From the human T2T-CHM13v2.0 reference genome, Homo sapiens, in assembly GCF_009914755.1 (NCBI RefSeq), contig NC_060927.1: a stretch of DNA of 64,000 nt; one strand, given 5' to 3'. The notes beneath the pieces were generated by a model. That model saw only the letters and a list, made by a program, of their open reading frames with translations. It had not been told where the DNA came from and made no database searches. The position numbers were made by a program, and so were the translations under genes. The first letter of the stretch is position 1. Each line of letters starts with the position of its first letter. Positions 1 through 14,203 of this stretch are shown here, in pieces.

Positions 1-170
1 GAAGAAATTTTAAACCTATTGCAATGCTCAATAGACTGAAATATTTGAAAATCGTGAGTTGGTGAAGAAAATTGATATACTATTTAATAAACTATGATGG
101 CAACTAAAAACCACAAAAGAAAGATTAATACTTTTGGCTACATTAAAATTAATATATATATTGAGTCTCT

Positions 171-3100
171 TGGGGGAGCAAGTTGGACAATTAGAAGTCT
201 TTTAGCATTTCCCTCTGTATTAGTCTGTTTTCATGCTGCTGTGAAGACACACCTCAGACTGGGTAATTTGTAAAGGAAAGAGGTTTAATTGACTGATAGG
301 TCAGCATGGCTGGGGAGGCTTCAGGAAACTTACAATCATGGCAGAAGGGAAATCAAACATGTCCTTCTATACTTGGTGGCAGGGAGAAGAATGTGTACAA
401 GGGGAAAAGCCCTTTATAAAACCATCAGATCTCATGAGAACTCGCTCACTATCACGAGAGCAGCATGAGGGAAACCACCCCCATGATCTAATTACTTCCC
501 ACTGGTTTCCTCCCATGACATGTGGGGATTATGGAAACTACAATTCAAGATGAGATTTGAGGGGACACAGCCAAACCATATGTTCCTCCTCCACAGGAAT
601 GCCAAACTAAACAACTATTCAGACAAAAGAGCATCTTCATTAGAATCCCAAATCAGGTGAGCAATTAGAGTATCTGGTTTTAACATCATTTTTAGGAAGG
701 AAGCACTGAGGAGGGTAGAAAAGACTGTTGAATTGCCTACATGACCCTTTCCTCAACCCCTGGCAGCGGCTGAGTGGTGTAAAGAGAGAATCTGTGCCCT
801 TGGGGGAAGAAAACACTGATTCTCAAGCTTTGCGTTGAAACTCAGTGCTGCCCTATCATAGTGGAAAGCAAAAACGGGCAGAACTCAGCTGGTACCTACG
901 AAGGGAGCTTTTAGACCAGGCTTATTCAGAACCAATTTGTCCATTCCAGCAGTCAGAACCTGAGTTTCTACAAGGTCACCCACTACAGGTTAAAGTGCTT
1001 TGGGGTCCTAAATGAACTTGAAAGGCAGTTTACGGCACAAAAACTGCAAGTCTTGGACAAGTCTTGGTGCTGAGCTAGTCTCAGAGCCTGTGGACTTGGG
1101 GTGAACACAACCTAGTGAGATACTAGAGGGGGTCTCCAAGGGAGTGGTTTCATTATACATAACCCATCCCAAAGCAGCCAAGCTCTCAGCTCCAGGAGAG
1201 ATTCTTTCCTTCTGCTTGAGGAAAGGAGAAAGGCAAGTAAAGAGGTTTCCGTGTCGCAACTGGAATACCAACTCGGCTAAAGAAGAATAGGGTACCAGTT
1301 AGAGTCTTGAGGCCCCCATCCCAGGCCCTAGCTTCCAGATGACACTTCTAAATACATGCTGGCCTGAAGGAAACCTGTTGCAATGAAGGCAAGGACTTAG
1401 TTCTCACAGAATTCATCACCTGCTGACTAAAGGACCCTTGGGCCCTGAATAATCAACAGTGGTAGTCAGAAAATACTTGCCACCAACCTTGGGTGAGGCT
1501 ACGAGCTGCACTGGCCTCAAGTGTTATGCAGCACATTCCCAGCTATGGTGGCTATGAAAAGAGACCCATTCTGCTTGAGGAAAAGAGAGTAAAGGGACTT
1601 GGTCTTGCAGCTTAGATAACGGCTCAGATACAGAGAGATAGAGCACAAAGTGGGATCACAGGGTCCCCAGTTCCAGGCCTTGGTTCCTGGATAGCACTTC
1701 TGAATGTACCCTGGGCCAGCAGGAGTCTACTTCCCTGAAGGGAGAGAACCAGAATTGGCAGCATTCACCGCAAACTGATCAAAGAGGCTTGGCCATTAAA
1801 TGATCATTGGTAATAGCAGGGCAGTACTTGCCATGGGCATGGGGTGGTGGTGGCCTCTGGGAGAGACTACTCCACTTAAGAAAAGGAGAGGGAAGAATGG
1901 AAAGAACAGACCTTCCCAGGACCAGGGGGAACTCATTCTCCTAAAGGGAAGGACATAATCCTGGCTCGATTTGTGACCTGCTGATTGTAGAGCATTTGGG
2001 CCTTGAGTGAACATAGGAAGGGACCAGACAGTGGTCATTTTGCGCCTTGAGTGGACTCAGTGCTCTGCTGGATTCACATCTAACCCAGTACAATTTACAT
2101 GGTGGTAGCCACAGTGGTGATGCAAGCAGCTCAGCTCAGAGGGAGATACTCTGTTTATTTGGGGGGAAGTATGGAAAAAGAACAAGAGGCAATGCCTGAT
2201 AATCCACAAAATTCTCCCAGGTCTTACCCAGGAAGAACAAGACAGTACCTTTGTAACTTTGCAATAGCCACAGTGTCACTGGGCTAGGAATGCCCTCTAA
2301 AATCTTCATAATTGCAGTGACCAAAGGCTTAGAACAAAACACTCAAGCTCCTTTGAATACCTGGAAAGCCTTTCCAAGAAGGACAGGTACAAACAAACTG
2401 ATACTGTAAAGACTACAATAAACAGCTAACCCTTTAATGCCCAGACACCACAATGAAAATCCACATGCATAAAGACCATCCAGGAAACCGTGATCTCATC
2501 AAATGAACTAAGAAAGCCACCAAGGACCTATCCTGGAGAAACAGAGATGTGTGACGTTTCAGACAGAACTCAAAATCGCTCTTTTGAGGGAGCTCAATAC
2601 AATTCAGGAGAACACCCAGAATAAATTCAGAATCCTAATAGATAAATTTAACAAAGAGATTGAAATAATTTTAAAAAATCAAGTAGAAATTCTGGAGTTC
2701 AAAATGTAACAGATATACTGAAGAATACCTCAGTATTCTCATAATAGTAGAAATGATCAAACAGAAGAAAAAATTAGTGAGCTTGAAGACAGGCTATTTG
2801 AAAATCCAGTCAGATGAGACAAAGAAAGAATGAAAAAGAATGAAGCATGCCTATGAGACCTAGAAAATTCTCTACAGTGCAAACCTAAAGGTTATTGGAC
2901 TTAAGGGGGAAGTAAAAGGAGATGTTGAGGTATAAAGTTTATTCAAAGGGATAATAACAGAGACCTTTCCAAACCTAGAAAAAGATATAAATATTAATAA
3001 ACAAGAATATTATAAAACACCTAGCAGATTTAACCCAAATAAAGTTGCCTCAAGGCATTTAATAATCATACTCTGAAAGATCAATCATAAAGCAGCTATA

Positions 3101-5201
3101 TAAAGTAAACAAATAAAAATGATCTCCAATATATCTGACAGCAGCCTTCTCAGTGAAAATCTTAAAGGCCAGGAGATAGTGACATGACATATTTAAAATG
3201 CTGAAGAAAATAAACTTTTATCCAAAATAGTATATCCAGTAAAAATGTTCTCCTAATATGAAGGAAAAATAAAGAAGTTCCCAGACAAACAAAAGCTGAG
3301 GGATTTCATTAACACCAGAGTCGTCCTACAGGGGATGCTAAAGGGAGTTATTCAATCTGAAAGAAAAGGATATTAATGAGTAGGAAGTAATCACCTGAAG
3401 GTACAAAAGTCACTGGTAATAGTAAGTACACAGAAAAACACAGAGTATTACAACAGTGTAACTGTGGTGTGTAAATTTTTTCATATCTAGAGTAGAAAGA
3501 ATGAAAGATGAGCTGATCAAAAATACTAACTACAACAAATGCTTGAGACATAGGCAGTATAAGATATAAATAGAAACAACAAAAAGTTAAAATGCAGAAG
3601 AATAAAGTTAGAGTTTTTATGAGTTTTCTCTTTGCTTGTTTGTTTGTTTATGTAATCTGTGTTAAGTTGTCATCAATAACAGGTTATATTATTTCCAAGC
3701 CTCATGGAAACCAATTATCAAAAATATACAACACATATTTGTATAATTGATAAAAAGAGAAGCCAAGCTCAATGTTCTATTATCTAAAAGAAACACATTT
3801 CATCATAAACACATACATAGACTGAAAACAAAGGGATGAAAAAAGATCTTTTCATGAAAATGGAAATCAAAAACAAGCAGAAGTACCTATACTTATACCA
3901 GACAAAATGGATTTCATGACAAAAGCTATATAAAAAGACAAATAATATCTTATTCAATGATAAACGGGTCAATTCACCAAGATGATATAACAATTTTAAT
4001 TATATATGTACCCAAAAATGAAGAACCCAATTATATAAAGCAAATATTGTTAAAGAGAGAGATATACCACAGTACAATGACAGCTGCAGACTTCAACATC
4101 CCACTTTCAGTATTAAACAAATCATCCAAAGAGAAAATCAATAAAGAAACATGTGACTTAATCTGTACTACCCAAGCTAATAGATATGTACAGAATGTTT
4201 CACCCAAAAGCTGTAGAATATACATTTCTCTCCTCAGTACATGGATAATTCTCAAGGCTAAACCATGTATTAGGCCACAAAATCAGTCTTAAAACATTCT
4301 TAAAAAATTGAAATAATATCAAATATCAGATATTTTTACTATAATGAAATAAATTGATAATAATTTTGGAAACTAGATAAAAGCATGGAAATTAATATGC
4401 TTCTTAATAATCAGTGATCAAGGAAGAAAAAAAAAGAAAATTATAAAATGTCTTGCAAAATGTGATAATGGAAATACCTATTAGAATACAGTGAAAGCAG
4501 TTCCGAGAGGGAAGTTTAGAGTTACAAGCACCTACATACCTACATCAAAAAAATAGAAGAACTTTAAATAAACAACATAAGTATGTGTCTTAAAGAACTA
4601 GAAAAGCAAGAGTGAATCAAACCCAAAATTATTAGGAAAATGGAAAAAATAAAGATCACAGTAGAAATAAATGAAATTGAAACAAAGAAAATTGAACAAA
4701 ACATCCACAAAATAAAGTGTTTTGAAAAGATAAACAAAACTGACAAACCTTTAGCCAAACTAAGAAAATACAGAGAAGATCCAAATAAATACAATCAGAG
4801 GGAAAAAAAGGTGACATTGCAACTAATATTGTAGAAATTCCACAGACCATTAGAAGATACTATGAGGAATTTCATGCCAATAAATTGTAAAGCCTAGATA
4901 GAACGGATAAATTCCTAGATACATACAACCTACTAAGATTGAAACATGAAGAAATCCAAAACCCAAACTGAGAAATAATAAGTAAAGAGATCAAAGCTGT
5001 AGGAAAAAATAAAATAAAATAAAGCCCAGGACTTGATGGCTTCATCCAATATTACCCAGATGCCAAAACCAGACAAAGACACACTAAAAAAGGAAAACTA
5101 TAGGCCCATAACCCTGATGAATGTTGACCCAAAATCCTCACCAAAATACTCACAAACTGAATTCAACAGTAAGTTTAAAAGGTTATTCATCATGACCAAG
5201 T
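171..5201 (+). mobile_element. Old L1 (L1MA/L1PB-type): 5'UTR, ORF1 and partial ORF2, degenerate; resumes briefly at about 6691-6775
   Basis: L1-like 5' start 'ggggagcaagttgg'; ORF1 and ORF2 endonuclease remnants (ORF 3957: INGSIHQDDITILIIYVP). Confidence 0.9.
216..583 (-). mobile_element. THE1-family MaLR solo LTR inserted in the L1 5'UTR
   Basis: 'tgtattagtctgttttcatgctgc...ggggacacagccaaaccata' is the reverse complement of the THE1 consensus ends; 5-bp TSD-like ccctc/tcctc. Confidence 0.9.
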
Positions 5202-6690
5202 AACGAATGTTTCATCCAAAAACTGCAGAATACGTACTGCTATACTGCAAGGCTACAGTGACCAAAACAGCATGGTACTAGTACCAAAACCAACATATAG
5301 ACCAACAGAACAGAAAAGAGACCTCACATCTACACATCTACAATCATCTGATCGTCACTTAAAACTACACATCTACAATCATCTGATCTTCAACAAACCT
5401 GACAAACAAATAACCAATGGGGAAAGGATCTCCTATTCAGCAAATGGTGCTGGGAAATCTGGTTAGCCATATGCAGAAAACTAAAACTGGACTCCTTCCT
5501 CACACCTTATTAAAACATTAACTCAAGATGAATTAAGCACTGAAATGTAAAACCCAAAGCCATAAAACCCCTAGAAGAAAACCTAGGCAATACCATTCAG
5601 GACATAGGCATGGGCAAAGACTTCATGACAGAAACACCAAAAGCAATTGAAACAAAAGCCAAAATTGACAAATGGGATCAAATTAAACAAAAGAGCTTCT
5701 GCACGGCAAAAGAAACTATCATCAGAGTCAGCAGGCAACCTACAGAATGGGAGAAAATTTTTGCAATCTATCCATCTGACAAAGGTCTAATATCCAGAAT
5801 CTACAAGGAACTTTACATATTTACAATAAAAAGAACTAACATCCCCATCAAAAAGTGGGCAAAGGATATGAACAGATGCTTCTCAAAAGAAGACATTTAC
5901 ATGGCCAACAAACACATGAAAAAAAAAAGATCAACATCACTGATCATCAGAGAAATGCAAATCAAAACCACCATGAGATACCATTTCATGCCAGTCAGAA
6001 TGGTAATTATTAAAGTCAGGAAACAATAGATGCTGGGAAGGCTGTGGGGAAATAGGAACGCTTTTTTACTGTTGGTGGAAATGTAAATTAGTTCAACCAT
6101 TGTGGAAAACATTTTGGTGATTCCTCAAGGATCTAGAACCAGAAATACCATTTGACCAAGCAATCCCATTACTGGGTATATACCCAAAGGAATATAAATC
6201 ATTCTGATATAAAGACACACACACACATGTTTATTGAAGCACTATTCACAATAGCAAAGACATGGAACCAACCCAAATGCCCATCAGTGATAGACTGGGT
6301 AAAGAAAATGTGGTACATATATACCATGGAATACTATGCAGGCATAAAAAGGAATGAGATCATGTCCTTTGCAGGGACATGGATGAAACTGGAAGCCATC
6401 ATCCTCAGAAAACTAACACAGGAACAGAAAACCATACATTTCATGTTGTCACTCATAAGTGGGAGTTAAACATTGAGAACACATGGACGCAGTGGGGAGA
6501 ACAACACACACCAAGGCCTGTTGGGGGATGAGGGGAGGGAATTTAGAGGATGGGTCAATAGGTACAGGAAACCACCATGGCACAAGTGGCACAAGTATAC
6601 CTATGTAACAAACTAGCACATTCTTCACATATATCCCATTTGTTTTTGTTTGTTTTGTTTTAAATAAAAAGAAAAGAAAGTTAAAAAAAT
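5202..6690 (+). mobile_element. 5'-truncated L1PA/PB 3' end (ORF2 C-terminus plus 3'UTR) nested in the older L1
   Basis: ORFs 5610 and 6152 are L1 ORF2 C-terminal sequence; 3'UTR and A-rich tail present; TSD-like ttattcatcatgaccaagt / ttattatcatgaccaagt. Confidence 0.9.
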
Positions 6691-6776
6691 GTTATTATCA
6701 TGACCAAGTGGGATTTATTTGGGGGTGGCAAGGATGTTTCAACCTATGCAAATCAATCAATGCAACATATCAGAAG

Positions 6777-8910
6777 AGTAGTTTACACACCACAATTAAA
6801 GTGTTATTATATTCTCTGTTTTTCTGTGTAGCTGATATTACCAGTGAGTTTTGTACCTTCGGATGATTTCTTATTGCTCATTAATATCTTGTTTTCTCAG
6901 ATTGAAGAATTGTCTTTAACATTCTTTGTAGGACAGTTCTGGTATTAATGAAATCCCTCAACTTTTATCTGGAAAAGTGTTTATTTTTTCTTCATGTTTG
7001 AAGGATGTTTTCACTGACTATACTATTCTGGTGTAAAAGGTTTTTCCTTCAGCACTTTAAATATGTCATTTCAACCTTGCCAGGCCTGTAAGGATTCCAC
7101 TGAAAAGTTGGCCGCCAGGTATACTGGAGTTTAATGCATGTATATTTTTTATTTTGCTGCTTTTAGGATCTTTATTTCATCTTCGTCTTTTGAGAGTTTG
7201 ATTATTAAATGCCATAAAGTAGTATTTCTGTTAGATCTGCCTGGTGTTCTATAACCTTCTTGTACTTGAATATTGAAATGTTTATTTAGGTTTGGAAAGA
7301 TCTATTATTATTCCTTTGAATAAACATTGTACCCCTATCTCTCCCTCTACCTCACCTTTGAATCTAATCACTCTTAGGTTTGTCTTTTGGACAGTATTTT
7401 CTAGATCATGTATAGATGCTTTATTTTTGTTTTATTCTGGTTTCTTTAGACTCCTCTGATTGTGTATTTTCAAATAGCCTGTCTTCAAGCTCACTGATTC
7501 TTTGTTCTGAATTAATTCTGCTATTAAGAAATTCTGATGCATTCTTCAGTATGTCGGTTCCATTTTGAGCTCCAGAATTTCTGCTTGACTCATTTGAATT
7601 ATTTCAATTTCTTTGTTTAATTAATCAGATAGAATTCTGAGTCCTTTCTTTGTGTGATCTTGAGTTTTGCTGAGGTTCCTCAAAACAGCTACTTTGGGTT
7701 CTGTGTTGAAAAGTCACATATCTTTTTCTCTGAGATTGGCCCTTCGTGGATTATTCAGTTTATTTGGTAAGGTAATGTTTTCTGAATCATTTTGATGTTT
7801 GTGGATGTTCATCTGTGTATGGGCATTGAAGAATTAGTTATTGTAGTCTTTGTAGAATGGGCTTGTTTGTTCCTGCTCTTCTTGGGAATGCTTTCCAGAT
7901 ATTTGAAAGGACTTGGGTGTCCCTTAGTTATTTTCTCTCAAAAAAAAAAAAAAAAAGGAGTCTATCCCTCTGTGCTGAGCTGCCTGGATTTGGGAGATAT
8001 GTGACACAAGCATCCCTGTGGCCAATACCACTGGGACTGTGCTGGGTCAAACCTGAAGCCAGCATTGCACTGGGTTTTGCCCAAGGCGCATTGTAACTGC
8101 TACCTGGCTACTGCCTACACTTGCTCAAGACCCTGTGGCTCTTCAGTCAGCAGTTGGTGATGCCACACAGTTTTCTTTATTTACCTCTAGGATGATGAGT
8201 TCCCCTGGGCCCCAGACAGGTCCAGAGATGCTGTCTGGAACCACGGCATAGAGTTAGAAATATTAGAAACCTATCTGGTGCTCTATTCTACTATGGCTAA
8301 GCTGGCACCAAAATCACAAGACAAAGTCTTTCACACTCTTCCCTTCCCTTTCCTCAGGCAGGAGAGTCTCTTCCTATGTCTACCACTGTCATGGACCCAT
8401 GGGGAGTACTGTAAAAGTACTACTGATGTTCACATAAGGCCCAAGCGCTCTTTGGTCAGCTTGTGGTGAGTGCTGTTATTCCTAGGACTCATCCTTCAGG
8501 ATAATAAGCACTCTAGTGGCCCAGGGTAGATCCAGAAATGCTGTTCAATTCCTCTCTGGCTAAGGCTGGTAAGTTTGGTCTGTTTTTTCTCTCTGCTCTA
8601 ACAGGACAATATTGAGTTCAAGCCCTCACAATGTCTGTGCTCTCTCTCCTCCAGTGCCCAGAGATGATCTCAGCACCACACCTTCAGGGGCAATGGGGAG
8701 GGTAACCTTGGTGATTCAAGATTTTTTTTTCTATTTCTTAAGTGCCTCTTTCAGCAATATGAAGTTAAGTCCAGCTACTATGAGTACTCAACTTATTTAT
8801 TGGTTCTTATGAAGGTGTTTCTTCTGTGAAGATAGATGTTAAATTGGTGTTTTTGCAGGACATGGGGGACAATCAGTGGAGCCTTCTATTCTGCCATCTT
8901 GTTCCACCTT
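6777..8910 (-). mobile_element. Old L1 5'UTR plus ORF1, inverted, related to the 171-5201 element
   Basis: 6780-6900 is the reverse complement of about 3360-3475; 5' start 'ggtggaacaagatggcagaatagaagg' on the minus strand. Confidence 0.85.
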
Positions 8911-9494
8911 CTCTCTCCTGTGGAAATTTTTATGAAAGACTGACATCTCAGAACTCCCAGTGGTATGTAAGCTGACTGGTCAGTTTTAATTTTCTTGGTG
9001 AATATGATAAGTCACGTATAGTCTCTGAAAGTCAGGAAAAGTATTGGAAAATCAATATTCATATTTCAGCCTTAAAGATAGGTTAAACATAATGTTTCAA
9101 GTCAGAAAAAGTTAGTTTGATCCTCTATTTAAGTTCAAAAAGTCTTGTACAAGTAAAGCACAGGGACAAAAAATAGATCATGGGCTAGTGGTGTTCAGGT
9201 AACTCAGTTTATTCATGTTTACTTGAACAAGAGTACAGAGCTGCTTACTCCATTTGGAGAACCTACATTCAGTGTTAACTTTGGTTACTTAGTTATCAGG
9301 CAAGCTAGGTCCTCTCTGACTTTCTTATGGGTTTTGTCTTTGTCATTGTCAGTGTTGAAGTTGAGATCTCTTTCCAAACTAAGATGAATAATGGTAAAGA
9401 GATAATTTACTTCTACTATACTAAAATTTGGTACTATATGATAGCAAAAGTATGTTTTAGAATTATGATTGAACACTTTCTTGTCATCCTTTGG

Positions 9495-9575
9495 CTGAAT
9501 AATCTTGGAAAATGTGTAAATAAATCATTCTGATTTTCAGTTTCCTCATCTGTAAAAGAGAGAATAATGAATTCA
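9495..9575 (+). mobile_element. MIR fragment
   Basis: MIR core 'tcagtttcctcatctgtaaaa'. Confidence 0.6.
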
Positions 9576-9661
9576 TTCCTTTAATTAAACAAACACCTGT
9601 TTATTTATGAAACAAGTGATGATAAAAATATCTGTTAGAATATTTCGAAGAATTTAATATA

Positions 9662-9757
9662 TATATTTATTTATTTATCTTAACTTTTATTTTAGGTTCT
9701 GGGTACATGTTCAGGTTTGTTATACAGGTGAACTCATGTCACGGAGTTTGTTGTATT
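9662..9757 (-). mobile_element. L1P 3' end fragment
   Basis: 'ttttaggttctgggtacatgttcaggtttgttatacaggt'. Confidence 0.7.
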
Positions 9758-10078
9758 AAGCAATGTGAAAAAAACACACTTTCTTTAATATATTAACATT
9801 AAACATTCAATAAATGTTCATCTTCTTCTGACCTTTTGTTTATTCCATATCTCATTTTTACTTGTATTCAGGTCATTTATATTTGCTCCTGTGTCACTTC
9901 ATAGATTTAATAATATTTTTATATAAAACGATTACTTATGCCAATATTATATGACTTATGGTAATTCTAAACTACTTATAATACGATACTTGAAAGTCAC
10001 AAATAAATACCTAAACTATATATTTATGCAAATTTATACTCTTTGTCCTTCAATGTGAGTTTTAAGGGAAGCGCAGCA

Positions 10079-10349
10079 CAAAATATTAACCCTGGATAGC
10101 TCTTTGGAGGATGTACAATTTTTTAATTTATGTATTTATACATCAATATTTTGCAAAATGAAATAATATTATTTAAAATTAATGTATGTAATATTGGAAG
10201 AGATAGAACTTTTAAATCATTTTGGTTACATCATTGTACTATTGATATTTTTCTACAATTTTAATAGCAATTATTCAATATATCATTGTATGAGTAAACT
10301 TTAAAACCTGTCTTGTTACAAAGCATAAGTTTATGTCAATAATAATTTA
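10079..10349 (+). repeat. Copy 1 of a ~270-bp local direct duplication
   Basis: Aligns by eye at high identity to 13936-14203. Confidence 0.95.
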
Positions 10350-10364
10350 AAAATTTAAATTTTT

Positions 10365-10687
<323 letters not shown>

Positions 10688-11499
10688 CAAATTTTATTTT
10701 AATTTCTCATTATTTAAGTGAGAATTTTTCCGTTCCAATTTTTGATTTTTCCACCTGATATAAGTCAACTTCTAATTTCAATTTTATTATTTTAGCATTA
10801 AATGTGATTGTATTAGATATTTACCATGCAGAAATCCCTGGAAGAAATTGACATTTTTTTAATAATGAGGAAGTAAAAGGAGTAAAAAAATACACTGAAA
10901 GCCCCATTTACATGTATGCAATGAATCAGTCTTTATGCCATTTAATTAACTTGGAACTTCATAAATACTAAAATTATGACTGCGTTTATATGAATGTATT
11001 AACCTTCAGGAGTATATACAGTGGTTAATTTGTACTTAGCAAGATACAAATACCAAATTAGATGTCAATTAATTGATTAAAATATCTTATATTTGAGTAG
11101 CTATTTTAAATCTGACATTCAATAAACACCTTTCAAAAGCAGATGGAGTTTTGACGGGCATTTCCCCATCTATATTCAGTCTTACATTTTATTTATCATT
11201 TGTTAAACTCCAAATATGTGTCAGGTGCCACGTGATGCTCTCTTTCTGCCCTAAAACACGTTTCTCTAATTTTAACTCTAACCAATTATGACCAATTCCA
11301 CTGCTAAATGTTTATTTCTTTCCAAGCAAACTTGAATGTTATGGTTCTAGGAATATTTCCAGAATGGAAAACTTTTCTAACTTTTTATTTTTAATTTTCT
11401 TAGATAATTGATTTCAATTTATCCATACTTTACTCCATCATCTCTCTATAACTCAATGTTAAATTAAATTACCCCATTGAAAAGTTAGTTATAATTATA

Positions 11500-11715
11500 T
11501 TGGTATTAATCATTGACAATCTTTCATAGTATCTTTTCCTGGCAATCATTTGTTAATAATTTATCTCTTTATTCTCTTTGTCAGTGATTCATTCTTGATA
11601 ATTTCTTCACTAACATTCTACGGCTAGATATATAAGACATAGAAAGTTCTTAACTTGGCTCAGTATTTGTTATTGTTTGTTAATACATCTGATGTTTTAA
11701 ATGAGATCTACTGAG
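11500..11715 (-). pseudogene. Candidate pseudo-exon
   Basis: KY*AKLRTFYVLYI*P*NVSEEIIKNESL (alpha5-alpha6-like); boundaries uncertain. Confidence 0.35.
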
Positions 11716-12234
11716 TTAATTAAAACTAATATAATTTACAAAGTGCTAATATTTATCAAGTGTTTTTGGCTGTCGGAATAATAGAAGGAAACATCATTGC
11801 CAGATTGATACAAAAGCACTGTGGATTACTTATTTAGACAATAATTTGATTTTGTTATACAAATGGAAATAGAATGGTAATTACTCATCACCTAATCCTT
11901 TCCTTCCAAAGAGTCCCACAGCCCAATGGGATACACCATCTTAATTATTTACTTAGCTAACTCTCTTATTTATTATCAATAATGTCATCCATAAGAGACA
12001 AGGGTTAAGCTGCATAAAGTGATTTAAATTTAAGTTGTATTTCATAATATATAATGAGGATATAACAGGGATTATTCAATTAAATTTATTTCAATGATAC
12101 ATTCTTGTATTTAAAATGTTGTGAAACACATTTGAATAAAATATGCAGGAAGCATCTATTAAAAAGCTCTGGTTTATGCTATGGCCGTACTTAACATTAC
12201 ACTGCGTCAAATAGTTTTTTTTTTTTTCTCCTAA

Positions 12235-12411
12235 CTTCCAAAGCATCCAACTGCATTTCTATGTGGCAGGACAGACCTGCCACATAATTGCATGCTTTCA
12301 TAAACACACTTGTATGCTCATGTGTCTGGGACCAGTTAAAAGTGGTTTCCAGTGTTAAAATCTTTCCCTCCTCTTCTACTTCAAAGTAAAGATTATTTTA
12401 AATTCTTCTTT
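12235..12411 (-). pseudogene. Candidate pseudo-exon
   Basis: Acceptor 'gtgctttag|'; NNLYFEVEEEGKILTLETTFNWSQTHEHTSVFMKACNYV (alpha7-like F..A...V). Confidence 0.4.
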
Positions 12412-12599
12412 CTAAAGCACGGATGAAGGTATGAAGCTATTTTTATTATGATCTAATATAATTTTGAATCAATTAGAACTAGAATCAAGATGTATTTCTG
12501 ATACAAAGTTTTTCAGAATATAACAGCATACATTCAATCATATTTAGAGCAATTGAGGCAGATATTACTTTAAAGTTATCTTTATATTATATCTCTATT

Positions 12600-12860
12600 T
12601 GGCAATTTCTCCCCATTTCCAAAGTCAAACTCTAATTCTTGTTATTCTGCTTAAATTTGTCTTAGTTTCCTGCATTTTTATTAAGCCAAGGATTTCATCT
12701 ACTTTCTCTAGAGAGAAGAATTTAAAGGCTATTTGTTTTCAGATTAAAACAGAAAATGGAACATTTTGTAAAGTGAGAGTAAATCCACAGAAAGATGATT
12801 ATGCATCCAAAGCATATACAAATCCACTTTTGTTAGCTTTTTCTTGTTGTTAATATCACC
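12600..12860 (-). pseudogene. Candidate pseudo-exon
   Basis: Acceptor 'taccaaatag|'; includes QNVPFSVLI*KQIAFKFF. Confidence 0.4.
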
Positions 12861-13189
12861 CTATTTGGTAAATGACATAGATATGTAAATATTAGACATT
12901 TATAGCCGCCTGTACTTTTAATTAAAAAGCAATATTAAAAAATAGAAACAGAAAAATAATTGCAAGCATGGTAGAAAAAGGGTTATTATCCTTAATACAT
13001 GAGTTCTTGAAAATATGTAACTAATCACTGTTTTTCATTAAAATACTAAATAAGTGTATGAAAAGATAATTGTTAGGGAAAAATACAGATAGACAGCACA
13101 CAGCAAAATATGCTCTAGGAAAATGCACTAGGAAACAATCAAGAATAGAGATTTCCTATGACTAGAACTCATAAAATTTACAAAATTTC

Positions 13190-13535
13190 ATTTTACTTTT
13201 TTATTTTTATTTTTAACATTCTTTTATTTCAATACTTAAAAAGTACAAGTGGTCTTTGGTTACATGGATGAATTGTATAGTGGTGAAATCTGAGATTTTA
13301 GTATACCCATCTCCTGAGTAGTGTACCTTGTGGTTCAACAGGTAGATATTCATCCCTCACCCCTTTCCTACCCTCCACCCTCTGAGCCCCAGTGTTCATT
13401 ATACCATTCAGTATGTCTGTGGGTGCCTAAGGAGTGGATAAAGAGCATGTGTGGATATATATACATATATACACACATGCCATGTAATACTACTCAGCCA
13501 TAAAAAAGAATGAAATAATACCTTTTGTAACAACA
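13190..13535 (-). mobile_element. Short L1 (L1PB/MA) 3' end with an inverted 5' segment
   Basis: Antisense 3'UTR at about 13190-13425 joined to a sense ORF2-end segment 'gagtggataaag...tactactcagccataaaaaagaatgaaat'. Confidence 0.7.
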
Positions 13536-13935
13536 AAATATTATGTATTAATTATGATAGTCAGATCTATGCAGAAATGAAAATGTTCATGAAACGGTGG
13601 AAAGCATTCTGACAGTAGCATGTTTTTTTTTGGATTTCTCTATCTAATTATTCTAAAGATGCTAAGAAATATCAGTGAATGCCTTCTGTAGTATTTTTCA
13701 TAACAGTAAAAAATGGAATATATCACACATATTCAATATTTGTTCTGTTAAATTATGGTGTGATTATATGATGTGATATTATATTGTCATTAAAATTAAT
13801 ACTCAAAGACTAATGGCATGAAAATTGGTTGTTTTAAACAGTAGCAAGGCAGGTAATAGAACCCTGAATTCAATTTTACCCTAATTTTTCAGTTGGTTAA
13901 ATGTATTCAAATAAAATTACAAGAAAGGAATTCAC

Positions 13936-14203
13936 CAAAATATTAGCCTTGGATAGCTCTTTGGAGGATGTACAATTTTTTAATTTATGTATTTATACAT
14001 CAATATTTTGCAAAATGAAATATTATTAAAAATTAATATATGTAATATTATTGGAAGAGATAGAACTTTTAAATCATTTTGGTACATCATTGTACTATTG
14101 ATATTTTTCTACAATTTTAATAGCAATTATTCAATATATCATTGTATGAGTAAAAATTAAAACCTGGCTTGTTTCAAAGCATGTCTATATCAATAATAAT
14201 TTA
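13936..14203 (+). repeat. Copy 2 of the ~270-bp local direct duplication
   Basis: Matches 10079-10349. Confidence 0.95.
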
